Shown: positions 46,457 to 57,300 of the stretch, piece after piece
Layout: each line of letters begins with the position of its first letter
How positions within the stretch are numbered: position 1 is the stretch's first letter
The notes under the pieces: model-generated
The model's input: the letters and a program-made list of their open reading frames with translations, nothing else
Databases searched by the model: none
What the model was told of the DNA's origin: nothing
Assembly (NCBI GenBank): GCA_000091205.1
Contig: AP006489.2
Direction: 5' to 3' (one strand)
DNA: 64,000 nt
DNA from: Cyanidioschyzon merolae
Taxonomy: Eukaryota
Made by a program: the position numbers and the translations under genes

Positions 46457-48334
46457 TCAATAAATATTTCGACTGTAGAGGTAATGACGCCACTCGCGAC
46501 GATCCCACAGGTTTTCGATGTAATTAAGGATCGCTGCGTCCACATCGAACCCGACGAGATCCGTGGTGTTCACACACACGATCTTCGGCTCTGTGAGACG
46601 GGTGAGGCCCTCCTCCGGTGTCATGATGTAGCGGGGCGGCGTTTTAGCCTCTTCCCCTGTGGTGTTACTCCAGCATGACACCTTCAAGTTGAAGTGCTGC
46701 TTCATAAGAAGTCGAGTTCCTTCCTGCGGGATCTTCCGCTGATTGCGGTGCAAGAACATGACAGAACGTCCCATTTTCTCGAGCCGTGCAAGGACATGTT
46801 TCCGTGCCGATCCATTCGTGGCGAGCGCGGGTGTCCTGACCAGTTCCTCCGGAAACGGCCAGAATTGCAACATGCCATGACCCTGAAACAATCCGTGATC
46901 GTCGTAGAAGCCCACTGATCCCAGAGCTATCGGTGTAATTTCGGATGGCTCATGCAGCGCGAGCGCAGCTAGACGGTACGAGTCCTTGTCGCCGTACAAG
47001 TGCCGATAGAAAAAGTCTCGATGGTGGTACATGTACACGGCAAGCATCAAAGGGCGCCAAAAGCTTCGTTTGCGGTCGATATCACGCCGACGGAGCAGAA
47101 TCTGACCCGATTCGGAACCGCGCCTGTCCTCTATACGGATGCCACAGGCCTGCTGCTCGCTTCCAGGCTCCGTGTACTCTACGGTGCCTTCGTACTGGGA
47201 GCATGGTGGCGGCCCCAGGGCTTTCAGCATCGTTCGGTACGGAACCAGACGGCGATAATCTGACGGTTCAAAGAGGCCAAAATAATCGGTCCAGAAAAAT
47301 CCACCGATATCGCCAAGTCCAAATTTTCCAACGCCAAACAGACCGGTCGGGTCCAGCAATGGGATATTGTCACTGTCGAGAACAAGGATTTCATCGTACA
47401 TGCTCAGCACCATCGCAAATACCTTGAGTCCGTATCCCTCAATGTGCAGCTGTTGCGGACATGACGCATACCAGTTTCGGGTCGTAGCGGAGCCGTTCGC
47501 GCGCAGCTCATAAGCCCGTTGGGCAACCTGCTGAATATTTCGGAAGACAACGGGCGCGAACGTCTTTCGGACCCATGCTTCCAGACCAGGTGTAGGCGCT
47601 TCGCCGGCATCCTGGTAGAAGATCTCAACCGGCAGCCGGCATCCAGCACGATCTCGCAGGGCCTGCAAAGCCACGAGTCCTAGTTGCATGAGTCCGGGCC
47701 CTCCAGCTGGTATCACCACGGCCCTTGTAGCAGTATCCTTGCCGAGTCCGCGGCGCTGTGCTCGTGCTGGCTGAGGCGGCGGTGACGGTATGGCGGCCAT
47801 GAATGCCCTCCAGGCATGTGCATGCCCCCGTATGCGTTGCTCATCGTCGTCGCCCTGGCCTTCTGCGTGTTTCACGTAAACCTCGTGCGCGGAACAGAGC
47901 GCATTTTCAATACCGATCCAAACCTTGGCGAGCTCTGTCAACTCCTCAGTCGTCCAGGGCTCGGGCGCAAGCTCCCAGCCCGACAGGCCGCTGGGCACAA
48001 CTTTCGACGCATCCTCCGAGTCGCCCTCGGGCTGGGCACCGTGCGGTTCCAGTGGCGCCGAGCCGACTCCCGTGGGATGCTCCGGCGAATTCGCGTAGCT
48101 TTTGAAACGCTGCTGCGACCGAGACAGGGTCAAGTGAAACAAGAGCCCAAACAGGAGCAGACCACATAGCACGCCAAGGATCCTCTTCGTGCCCGGCGCC
48201 GTGTCCTGCAACAGCGTACCCCACTTGTTCCGTATTCCACGGAACCTGGAGGCAAGTCTCGGTGCCATAGTCACCGGCAAACCGTCAAGCTCCAAGCGCT
48301 TGGAAGTGACTAGTCCATCCCCCGCCGATGACAA
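46457..48334 (-). CDS. Type II membrane glycosyltransferase, GT71 / alpha-mannosyltransferase (Mnn1/Mnn2-like) family
   Basis: An N-terminal TM segment 'ILGVLCGLLLFGLLFHLTL' is followed by 'VVIPAGG', 'CRLPVEIFYQDAGE', 'KVFAMVLSMYDEILVLDSDNIPLLDPTGLF' and 'GGFFWTDYF', which match the Mannosyl_trans3 signature order. Confidence 0.6.
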   Translation of the reverse strand: MSSAGDGLVTSKRLELDGLPVTMAPRLASRFRGIRNKWGTLLQDTAPGTKRILGVLCGLLLFGLLFHLTLSRSQQRFKSYANSPEHPTGVGSAPLEPHGAQPEGDSEDASKVVPSGLSGWELAPEPWTTEELTELAKVWIGIENALCSAHEVYVKHAEGQGDDDEQRIRGHAHAWRAFMAAIPSPPPQPARAQRRGLGKDTATRAVVIPAGGPGLMQLGLVALQALRDRAGCRLPVEIFYQDAGEAPTPGLEAWVRKTFAPVVFRNIQQVAQRAYELRANGSATTRNWYASCPQQLHIEGYGLKVFAMVLSMYDEILVLDSDNIPLLDPTGLFGVGKFGLGDIGGFFWTDYFGLFEPSDYRRLVPYRTMLKALGPPPCSQYEGTVEYTEPGSEQQACGIRIEDRRGSESGQILLRRRDIDRKRSFWRPLMLAVYMYHHRDFFYRHLYGDKDSYRLAALALHEPSEITPIALGSVGFYDDHGLFQGHGMLQFWPFPEELVRTPALATNGSARKHVLARLEKMGRSVMFLHRNQRKIPQEGTRLLMKQHFNLKVSCWSNTTGEEAKTPPRYIMTPEEGLTRLTEPKIVCVNTTDLVGFDVDAAILNYIENLWDRREWRHYLYSRNIY

Positions 48335-49028
48335 GCATCAGAGGCATGACGCTCGCGGGAAGGCGACCCCGCGGGACGTATCGACCTCTACGTCCCCGGT
48401 TTCCGACGCGGGTACGGATCGCGGCGGCAGCGGCGGCGGCAGCGGCATATCCGTTGCTGCACCGAATTCTGGCATCGATCCGTGGTCAATCTAGACGTTT
48501 TGTCATATGGAAAACGATCCGTTGCTGCGGCAGTAGCGTCGACGGCACGCGCTTGGCGTCATCAGACGAGGTGTTTAGCGGCGCTGGAGAGCGACGACGG
48601 CTGCGACCCTTGCTATCCCCTAGTGCTAGCAGCGCCAGCAGCAGCAGATCGACTCCTGCGGGCTGCGCCCTACGACGCTTCCCATCGACACACAAACACA
48701 CAAACATACCCACACATTCACACAGATACCCAAATCCAGGTACAAAGCGAGAGTCTGAGATACAAGTCGTACGTTCCCTGTTGTCGTTGTGCGAGGCTCA
48801 CCTGCGCGCACCAGGCCAGCAGGCCCGACCGCGCGCTCTACTACTATGGCGGGACATGCTGCATCATGAATGCTCGCTCCGATACCAGTGTCTGTCGCAT
48901 CATCGCGTATCTGTACGCTGTGATGGAACCCCGTGCCCGCAACCCAGCGCAACTGCGAATGCGTACGGTCTACCCGGACACGCACCGTCAGGAACGCTTA
49001 TGGATAATATGGAACCAAAACATACCAT

Positions 49029-51431
49029 TTGATCCCATTTAATCCAGTCCATCGGTGCAGCGTCTCCCGATCCACCACATCGATGGCTGGTATCCAGGAG
49101 CCGGAGCTGGTGCGGCTTTTCTCGCAGAAGCACCACGACACTGGCAGCGCTTGTCCTGATCGAGTTCTGATCGGAAGCAGGCGTGTCAGCATGCGACGTA
49201 GTCGGGGAAAGTCCGCAAGGCGAAGCCGCAAGCTGGAGCCATGGGAGCTGTCCAGCGACGACGATGAAGACGGTGCGTTGGCGTCGGGTTCAGGCGACAG
49301 CGATGAGAGCTTTGCGAGTGTTTCGGACACAGAGCGTGCGCGTGCTGTGAACCAGGTATCGACAGAGACCTCTGGTCGTGCGATGCTACGGGGCAAACGA
49401 GTGTCTGGCGCAGCTGCCGCTGGATCCAGCACGGACGACGCTGGCACGCTCCAGGACCCTGAGAGCAGAGTGAAGCGGCAGCGCGCGGCGCGTCCCAAGG
49501 ACGACCGACGGACCGGGAGCGACGCGGATACGGACAACCTGGTAAACGCTGACACCGCCGCTGAGAAGGCCAAGGAAGCGTCGACTCAGGACCTGAGCGA
49601 GCTGGAAGATATCGAAACGGAACCCGAATTCGACGACGGCTACGACGCCGAGGGTTACGGCGATGAACAGGATCGTGCGCACCTCCTCTCCCTGACGGCA
49701 GTCGAACGGGAAACCATTCTTGCAGAGCGCTTCGAGCGCCGACAGAGGGAGTACGAAGCATACTTGTTCCGAAAAGCGCTTCGTGAGCGCCGGCGTGCCG
49801 CCATCGACGCTCGAAAGCAGCAGCGGGATGCCTCCAGTGCTGACAAGGCAACGCTTGCCGAACGTGAAAGAGCGAAAAAGAGAACCCGCAAACAGGCTTT
49901 AGATGCCTTAGCACAAGCAAAGAGGCGAGATAAATCGTCTTCTCGGAGGCGTGCCAGCGATAGCGAGGCATTATCGCAGGCGTCGGATCTCGATGAAAGT
50001 GACTGGAGTGCAACACATCCGCCGGGGCTCTCGGAGACCGACTCGGTATCCGACATGCCCCACGGTACCGATGAAGAGGAGGATGGTGCTCAGCGCCGTC
50101 GCCGTGGCACCCTGCCCGTTTCGGCTAGCGCGAGCGTTCAACGAAGAACTCCCGTAGAGCGTTCCCACGGCCTGTTGTCGAAGACCATGACATTCGCGGA
50201 CCTGGTAGATCCACAGACCGGAGCACCGTCACCGCTTGTGTTGACGCGCGGACTTGTGGAACGATTCCATCAGAAGCCATGGTTCACTCGGTTTGCTCTG
50301 GGTTCGTTCGTGCGAGTGCCGTTACCGCCCACAGCAAGCGCGAATGCCACGTCGTCGACACCACAGCAACTGCAACAGTACGTTTTGGCGCGTGTAAGTG
50401 CGATCCTGAAGGCACCGAGGCTGTACCCGGTACCGTCGACGCAGGTCGTCGAGGGCGGGCGCCCCGCACCGCCATTCAAAGTAGGGTTTCGGATTCAGGC
50501 AGAGCTCTGCGGTCGTCAAAGGCGCTTTTCGGTTGATCAGCTGTCACGGCACGCTCCATCAGAGCTCGAGTGGTTGCACTACGAGAAACGTCACCAGGAG
50601 CAACGCCTGCCGCTCCCGTCTCGAGATGAGGTCGAAGCGCTGCGAGCCGAGAAGCTCGCGTTCATGCGAGGCGAGATCCCTGCGACACCCGAGGAGATTG
50701 CCGATTTCCAAGCCGAGTTTGAACGTCTTCACCCCGAAGCCGTGAATTATGCTCGTCGTATCACACAGGTACGGGCGCAACTGGCGCACGCTCAGGAAGC
50801 AGGCGACATGGAGAAGCAAAACGCGTTGGCGGCAGAACTGGAGCGCTTGGCGGAACTCGAGACTCGTTATGGACAGCGCCCGCGTGAGGGCTCGTCCAAC
50901 GAACAAGTACGTGATATGCTGCTATCGAGAAGGCATCATATGCCGTCGACAGAGTCCAAGTTCACACCACAGCGTCCAGCTCCGGAAGCGGAACTCCCGC
51001 TGGCAGCCTCGCTCATGCTGCTGAAACGCACTGTCGAGGAGCAGAACGCTGTGGAGCTGGATCCTTTCGCGCGTCGCGTCGCGCGGGGCACGAGTTACTT
51101 CTTCACACCCAGCAAAGCGACGTCCTCTGAGGCAGCCACCGACGCAAGTGCATCGCTCGAGTCGGAGACCAGGCGGAGCATCGGTGCTACCGGGCAACCG
51201 CCACCGCCTCCGCCTCCGCCTCGTGAAGCGAATATCCCAGCGAACGCACATCGCGCAGAGGCCTTGCGGGAACTCATCCCTCAAATAGAGCGTTGGCTAT
51301 GGTATGGCCCGCTTTTGGAGCCTTTACGCAATGTCGAATTATCATCGGCTGATGAGGATGTGTTCCTTGCTTCTCGCGCGCGCTTTGAGCACCTTCGACG
51401 CGCCCAGGGCGATGCGTCTGTCGCGCTCTGA
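49029..51431 (+). CDS. RTF1: Paf1-complex subunit RTF1-like (acidic/Ser-rich N-terminus plus Plus3 domain)
   Basis: A D/E/S/R-rich N-terminal half is followed by 'LVERFHQKPWFTRFALGSFVRVPL...YVLARVSAILKAPRLYPVPSTQVV...LCGRQRRFSVDQLSRHAPSELEWLHY', which fits the Plus3 domain. A coiled region follows. It also contains a Pro-run. Confidence 0.62.
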   Translation: MIPFNPVHRCSVSRSTTSMAGIQEPELVRLFSQKHHDTGSACPDRVLIGSRRVSMRRSRGKSARRSRKLEPWELSSDDDEDGALASGSGDSDESFASVSDTERARAVNQVSTETSGRAMLRGKRVSGAAAAGSSTDDAGTLQDPESRVKRQRAARPKDDRRTGSDADTDNLVNADTAAEKAKEASTQDLSELEDIETEPEFDDGYDAEGYGDEQDRAHLLSLTAVERETILAERFERRQREYEAYLFRKALRERRRAAIDARKQQRDASSADKATLAERERAKKRTRKQALDALAQAKRRDKSSSRRRASDSEALSQASDLDESDWSATHPPGLSETDSVSDMPHGTDEEEDGAQRRRRGTLPVSASASVQRRTPVERSHGLLSKTMTFADLVDPQTGAPSPLVLTRGLVERFHQKPWFTRFALGSFVRVPLPPTASANATSSTPQQLQQYVLARVSAILKAPRLYPVPSTQVVEGGRPAPPFKVGFRIQAELCGRQRRFSVDQLSRHAPSELEWLHYEKRHQEQRLPLPSRDEVEALRAEKLAFMRGEIPATPEEIADFQAEFERLHPEAVNYARRITQVRAQLAHAQEAGDMEKQNALAAELERLAELETRYGQRPREGSSNEQVRDMLLSRRHHMPSTESKFTPQRPAPEAELPLAASLMLLKRTVEEQNAVELDPFARRVARGTSYFFTPSKATSSEAATDASASLESETRRSIGATGQPPPPPPPPREANIPANAHRAEALRELIPQIERWLWYGPLLEPLRNVELSSADEDVFLASRARFEHLRRAQGDASVAL

Positions 51432-51840
51432 CTCGGTCGGGTCCGCTGGCTGGGGGCAAATACCAGTGATGTGCCCGGGACGGTCTGCTGCAACTGGCGA
51501 CTGTCGTGCTGCGGCTCGTGATCCAGGGTGTACGCTGGCAAGCGCGAGCGTGCGCTTGGAACACTAGAAAAAAGAGACAAGTTCGTGGTGTGCCCGTCGA
51601 CGCCGTGCGTGAAACGTTGCGCGTCTCATGCGCTTGTCCGCCAACCACAGCGTTGCTGCTGCGTTTTCGAGCAGCATTGGCGACCTGGTGCACTCATGGT
51701 CACATGATTAGACGCGGTACCTGGTCGGTAGCGCAGGTCACTGGTTTGGGAATGCCGTCCGCGTTTCTTCTTGTCGCGATGGACGTCACCGCAGCACGGT
51801 AAAAGCACGAACCCTCGGATCTGGGCGCCCAAGGCCGATT

Positions 51841-53871
51841 CTATGAATCAGGGAAATCGACCTTTCGTGGCGTGTGTTGGCAGACACCCGGGTCGGTGAA
51901 TGCATCGCCCACGGGCTCCAGATAGACCACAATACAGGTGGTGTCATCAATGACGGATTCCTCGGCCATCCACCGACGCACAGCTTCCTGCACGAGTTGT
52001 TCTGCAACAGCTTGCGGCGACTCGCCTTGATCCTTACGTCTGCCAACGAACTGCACTACATCATCACTGCTGAGGAATTCCCAGATACCGTCGCTACCGA
52101 GTACAATGAACGCATCAGCCGGGCATACCTCCAGGTGATAAATTTCCGGATCGGCGATCACACCGATGTTCTCCACGACCTGGTCACCGAAAGAACGGCT
52201 CATGGCGAGGCCAGGGACTCGAGTTGTCGGTAGCCACACTCGCGCCGGTCCTATATTGCCATGCCAGGACTCTACGTGGCCTCCCAGGTTCTGGATGCGT
52301 TTCCGCTCATCGGGACGGTCGGGCTTGTGGTCGACACTCAGGGCCACCGCGTAATATCGCGCCTGTTTGCTGCGCGTCGCTGCGGCATCGTCAGACGCCC
52401 CGCGTCCAGTCAGCCTTCGACCGAGGACCGCTCGAGAGTCACCGACGTTTGCGCAGAAGAGTTCGCGGCCGTGAAGCAGGACAATGATGCCCGTGGTGCC
52501 GCTAAATCGCGAGTCGATCCCGCCCAGCCCGTCATCCTCATCGTCCACGTCTGGAATAGATTCCATGCTGGTTGATGGTCGCGAATTTTCCCGAACTGTT
52601 GCCACCGCCTGATGCAGCATCGATTTCATGTTGTTCCAGAGGTAGGCAAATGCATCGGTTTCTGGCTCGAGTTCCAGAAGCTCACCGCGTGCAGTCAAGA
52701 GCTGCTCGGCATTCAAACATGTCCGCCGTAGTGCCTCGGCGGGCTTGTCATGGAGCGCGTGATCGTAGAGGAAGCGCGCAAGCAGTTTCGGAACAATGTT
52801 TCGAATGTAGTGCGAACAGAGACGTCCAGCGACACCATGTCCATCGAACACCGCCCACAGGGCATCGGACAAAACATGCGGTGGAATGTTGCTCCCTGTC
52901 GCACGCAGAATCATTTCGTGATACTGTACGGAGGCACCCTTCACGTTCGGGTTCTCTGGCAAATGCCGCAAACTCAGATGACGTGGAGTCATGACTGTCA
53001 CAGTCGCAAGCGACGCCTCCGGATCATCGAAGGTGCGCGTTCCCGAACTATCCTCCATGAGATTGTCGAGGCCATCTCGGGTTGAGATGCGTCGCTCGAG
53101 CTTCGACGGCTGACGCGGAATGCACTGCATGTCGCAGGGTTTTGCAACCTCGTTTTCACCTCTTGGGGCCAAGGTCGAGCAAGTCCACGCTGGGACCAAA
53201 GGCATCAATACGCACGCGGAATCCTGGTTCTCCTTGCCTTTCCGCACGGGTTCCCAGCCGGTTCTGGAAACAACGCCCGCGGATAAACGCAGCGCAGGTC
53301 GGGCGGCAGGCGGCTCCAGCGGCAGTTCATAGGACAACTCCGAGTGCAGAACCTCTGCAGCACTATCCTGCTTGGTGATAGGCAGTGGTCGCACTACGGC
53401 TCCCTTATCGTCAAACTGAACCTTATACTCTTGAAAGTGGTGATGCGCACGGTTCCGGTTACTTTCTTCGTCTGCGGCGGCAGCCTCGCCGTCCAGGGGA
53501 AGCGTTCCCTCGTTCGCGACTGAGAGGCGCCTTCTGGCCCCCAAAAAGGAGAAAAAGAAACGGTCAGACCGGCGGTCAAGCGAAAGTCGGCCGCCGGAGC
53601 TCTCCGAGGCGGCGCCAACTGCCGCGCCCTCCTGCTCTCCAGCAGCGGCACTTGACTGCTGTTGCGACTTGTGCTCCGTGCGACCGCCACCAGCGTTAGG
53701 TTGCACCCCCGCTGCTGTGCTCCGTTCCCCGGGAACTGAAGAAGCGCCCCTGTTCTTCTTCTGCGCGGTCGTTGAACTGGTCGGTTGCTGGGAGCCTCCG
53801 TTGTGAACTGTGTCCACGCAGTCGTCGTCGAGTTTCGTGTCGAGGTCCAACTTGGACTTGCAGAGACCCAT
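51841..53871 (-). CDS. PP2C-family Ser/Thr phosphatase with N-myristoylation motif and long N-terminal extension
   Basis: 'MGLCKSK' is a canonical MGxxxS myristoylation site. The PPM motifs 'AVFDGHGVAGRLCSHYI', 'LSVDHKPDRPDERKRIQNLGGHV', 'GLAMSRSFGD' and 'IVLGSDGIWEFL' are present. Confidence 0.85.
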   Translation of the reverse strand: MGLCKSKLDLDTKLDDDCVDTVHNGGSQQPTSSTTAQKKNRGASSVPGERSTAAGVQPNAGGGRTEHKSQQQSSAAAGEQEGAAVGAASESSGGRLSLDRRSDRFFFSFLGARRRLSVANEGTLPLDGEAAAADEESNRNRAHHHFQEYKVQFDDKGAVVRPLPITKQDSAAEVLHSELSYELPLEPPAARPALRLSAGVVSRTGWEPVRKGKENQDSACVLMPLVPAWTCSTLAPRGENEVAKPCDMQCIPRQPSKLERRISTRDGLDNLMEDSSGTRTFDDPEASLATVTVMTPRHLSLRHLPENPNVKGASVQYHEMILRATGSNIPPHVLSDALWAVFDGHGVAGRLCSHYIRNIVPKLLARFLYDHALHDKPAEALRRTCLNAEQLLTARGELLELEPETDAFAYLWNNMKSMLHQAVATVRENSRPSTSMESIPDVDDEDDGLGGIDSRFSGTTGIIVLLHGRELFCANVGDSRAVLGRRLTGRGASDDAAATRSKQARYYAVALSVDHKPDRPDERKRIQNLGGHVESWHGNIGPARVWLPTTRVPGLAMSRSFGDQVVENIGVIADPEIYHLEVCPADAFIVLGSDGIWEFLSSDDVVQFVGRRKDQGESPQAVAEQLVQEAVRRWMAEESVIDDTTCIVVYLEPVGDAFTDPGVCQHTPRKVDFPDS

Positions 53872-54233
53872 GACTCTTCGCCGCTACTTCGATTCCAAAG
53901 CGTTACGAAGTTCCGTCGCAAGTCGAGCGCCGATCTATAATCGTTACGGTGCCGTACTCCAGTGAGAGGCACACGCTGTACGCAGAGCAAGGTTCACCAA
54001 CAAGGTAGCGCAGGGAGTCGTGTCCAGTGCGTTTCTCGCTCTGACTCTGTCTCTGACTTTGCCCGGCTGCTTATCCCGTGTGGACACGTCCGAACACGTG
54101 TACGTCATTTGCGCGTGGCGATGGCGGCGGTGATGGCGCGTCGTTGGCGGGCGCGTCATCCCCGCTGCTGCTCGAAGCGCTTGATGAGGCCTCTGCTCCG
54201 CTGGTACCAGGTACACGTCGTTGGTTGTATCGG

Positions 54234-54790
54234 GTACTGGAACACCAGTGCCTACAACGACTTGTGAAGAGAACTTGTTTCCTGTGTATATTCGGCGGTA
54301 CATAACACCAGTACCTACAACGACTTGTCAAGAGAAGTTGTTTCCTGTGTATATTCGGCGGTACATAACACCAGTACCTACAACGACTTGTCAAGGGAAC
54401 TTGTTTCCTGTGTATATTCGGCGGTACATACCACCAGTACCTACAACGACTTGTCAAGAGAACTTGTTTCCTGTGTATATTCGGCGGTACATACCACCAG
54501 TACCTACAACGACTTGTCAAGAGAACTTGTTTCCTGTGTATATTCGGCGGTACATAACACCAGTACCTACAACGACTTGTCAAGAGAACTTGTTTCCTGT
54601 GTATATTCGGCGGTACATAACACCAGTACCTACAACGACTTGTCAAGAGAACTTGTTTCCTGTGTATATTCGGCGGTACATAACACCAGTACCTACAACG
54701 ACTTGTCAAGAGAACTTGTTTCCTGTGTATATTCGGCGGTACATAACACCAGTACCTACAACGACTTGTCAAGAGAACTTGTTTCCTGTG
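54234..54790. repeat. Minisatellite, 63-bp unit, ~9 copies, abutting IR copy 2
   Basis: The unit is 'gtacataacaccagtacctacaacgacttgtcaagagaacttgtttcctgtgtatattcggcg'. All six frames are open through the array, giving 21-aa periodic pseudo-ORFs. The last ~16 bp of the unit ('tatattcggcggtaca') are identical to the first bases of IR copy 2. Confidence 0.9.
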
Positions 54791-56074
54791 TATATTCGGC
54801 GGTACATGGCTCTTGTTGGCATTGCTTGCACTGAACGGAAGCATGCTGTGCTGCACAGATGGGAATCGAATTGGACCTAAACTGGATGATGAGGTTGCTT
54901 TTCATCGCAAGTACGCAGCGTTTCAGCACAATATCTACACGGTGTACGATACAGCAGTCTCGTATGTTTGCTAGATACAGAGGCGCTGGACGCTGCGGAA
55001 GCACGAGAAAGTTCTGGATGCTGATCGAGTCGTTCAAGTCTGTGACGAAACGCGTAATGCCTGCGCGCAAGGTTGCAGATGGAGTCACACTGTAGCGGGC
55101 CGCCAGCCTCTGCATAGCGTGCTGTGTGATGCTCAGTCGACTGCTGGGGCATCATTTCATGGGGACAATGCTGTTTCTGGCACAGCCTGTCTAGGTATTT
55201 CAGCGTGCATCTGAGCACGTGATGCCTATATTTCGTCCTAAAGGCGTCGACAGGCACTGTAGGCAGTCGGATCATTTACGAGCGCGCTATGCGCCCGCCG
55301 AAGGGGCATCAGTACAGCCTTTATACGCTGCCGCATGTGCAGTGTCATAGGCTGGGGCGCAAACAATCGCGGCTATCGGGTCAGTGCCAGTTTCAACTCA
55401 TCTAAGAACACAACGGATGCCTGCTTCTTGTCCGCGTGCAACCGATATTGCTGGCGGCACTAGCGTCATCTCATGGACGCTTGCCAAAGACCGGGCACAG
55501 GAGCCGTGTGTGGACGCTCACATACGCTTGACAGGAAACGCTCTGTTCTGGATCAAGTGGAAGCGCAGGGTACAACGAAGAAAGTCATTCCGTTGCGACC
55601 TTCCTTTGTGTGCCATGTTCATCCGTACGATCGTATGCCAAGCGCCATGATGCGTTTGGACGCTCTGAAGCGATTCTCGCTTTCGTTGCGATATCGCTTC
55701 CGCCATAACCAGCTCGTCATTTGTCTCCAACGACACAGTGAGAATTCCTTCCGCCGTTTCCTGCTATGATCGACGAGCGAGGTTACGGTATAATGCCCGT
55801 ATCGTTTGCCGCATGAAGCGCTCGGTATCGACCCGCATCTTGTTGCCGAGCCCTAATGGATCCTCTGTGACAACCTGCACGGTGGATGTTCTAAACGCCG
55901 ATGTGGTGCGGTAACGTGTCAAGGTATTCTGGGAAGCGCATGTGTGCACTGTTAATTCTACGATCATCCGTTGTGATGTCGCATAAAGGGTTTGATCGAA
56001 AACTTCCGGAAGCATGTGAACAGCTGGCAACGAAACGAGCGGAAACCCTGCGAATGTCTTCGTAACGAGGTACG
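54790..56074 (-). repeat. Inverted-repeat element, copy 2 (~1.29 kb)
   Basis: See copy 1. A few substitutions are visible (for example S/F, D/Q and MTWKRK/IKWKRR changes in the twin ORFs), for about 98-99% identity. The outer ends diverge within ~10 bp of 41112 / 56074. Confidence 0.9.
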
Positions 56075-57064
56075 TCAAATCGAAATAAATTAGGTTAGCC
56101 TTGCTCATGCAAGATGCCTCAACATCGTCGATGGTATTCCGCAACTTTCGATGTCATCCATGCAAACGACTCGTATACTAGTCCGAATACATGAAATTGG
56201 CCTCTGATATCAGAGAAGACGCCTGGACTCTACATATCCGACGAGAAAAAGTCCGGCACGAAGAGCATCTCGAAGCATATCTATGCTGCGTACGCCTCCA
56301 CAGCCACGGACGATGGAAAGCGACGCTATCAAAAAGCAGGGCAGGAGCATTTCGAATACGGAAGCTATGAGTTTCCGCGAATACGAAGGATGAGGCGCTG
56401 GTGGATTCTTCTCGTTGGGCGGTTCGTAGACGACCACAAGACGGCATCGCCGCTGGAGCTGATATTGTCATTAATCTCGCGAGTCTCTGCTTTACAGCCA
56501 ATGGTTTTGCCCTCGTTGAATAACCATACGCAGATCCACCGTTTCAGCTGAAGAAACGCTCATCGACTGAAGAAAGAAACCGACGTTTCTTTGCTCCATA
56601 CCGATCGCTGATTTCTAGGATCTCCCTGGGTGCTTGTTCGGTGGAAGGCTGTCGTGCATGAGCTAGGACTCATTTGTTGCGACTGTGTCCCAGTATTTTC
56701 AGGACCACGAATCCAAGCGGTTGAGAAACTGAGACGTCTGTGGCGGCTTCCATCGTTGCTTTCGCTTTCCGTAAGGTGATCAACAGGACTTTTTCTACCA
56801 TGGACGGCAAGCACTGTTTTAGAGTATTGGTTTTCGGGTAGAGCGCATCTGGTTTCTTTCAGTGTTGTTCATTCATCTGCGTATTTTCGTATGACTAACT
56901 TCAAGGAGAAATACAGTCCTCCTTGCACTGTTCAGAAAAGAACCTATATCCCAAAACGCAACTTATCTCCGATCTATAGTATACATTACATCGTAATGTC
57001 GGTTTCTTGCTACACATCACATCAAGGATGAAACAAATAACAAAGTTGAGAGACTATAAAGAAG

Positions 57065-57300
57065 CCTGTGATTGTAGTATGCGGCACTGGACTCGGAAAC
57101 GCGGGGCATTGAGGAAAGTCTTCTGTACCCGCCAAGGGCATAAGCCGAGCGGTGATGCACGCTTTCTCGCGCCAATGGGTGGCGCTCGAAGGGAGCGGTT
57201 CGGTTGACCTACGGGAACTCCTGATCACAGCCAGATGTCACAGCTGGGAGCGGCGCTCCGAGTCTCAATGTAAAGGAGTTGTGAAGGCCAAGCGAACCCA
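57065..57300 (+). repeat. Dispersed ~260 bp repeat, copy C of 3
   Basis: Aligns with 95-350 (for example 'ctggactcggaaacgcggggcattgaggaaag' against 'ctggacgcggaaacggagtgcatcgaggaaag', and a shared 'ctcctgatcacag...'). Confidence 0.6.

Noticed and set aside
54071-54880. 219-aa and 261-aa ORFs with perfect 21-aa periodicity
   Set aside because: They are produced by a 63-bp tandem repeat whose unit lacks stops in all six frames. Open frames on both strands simultaneously argue against coding.
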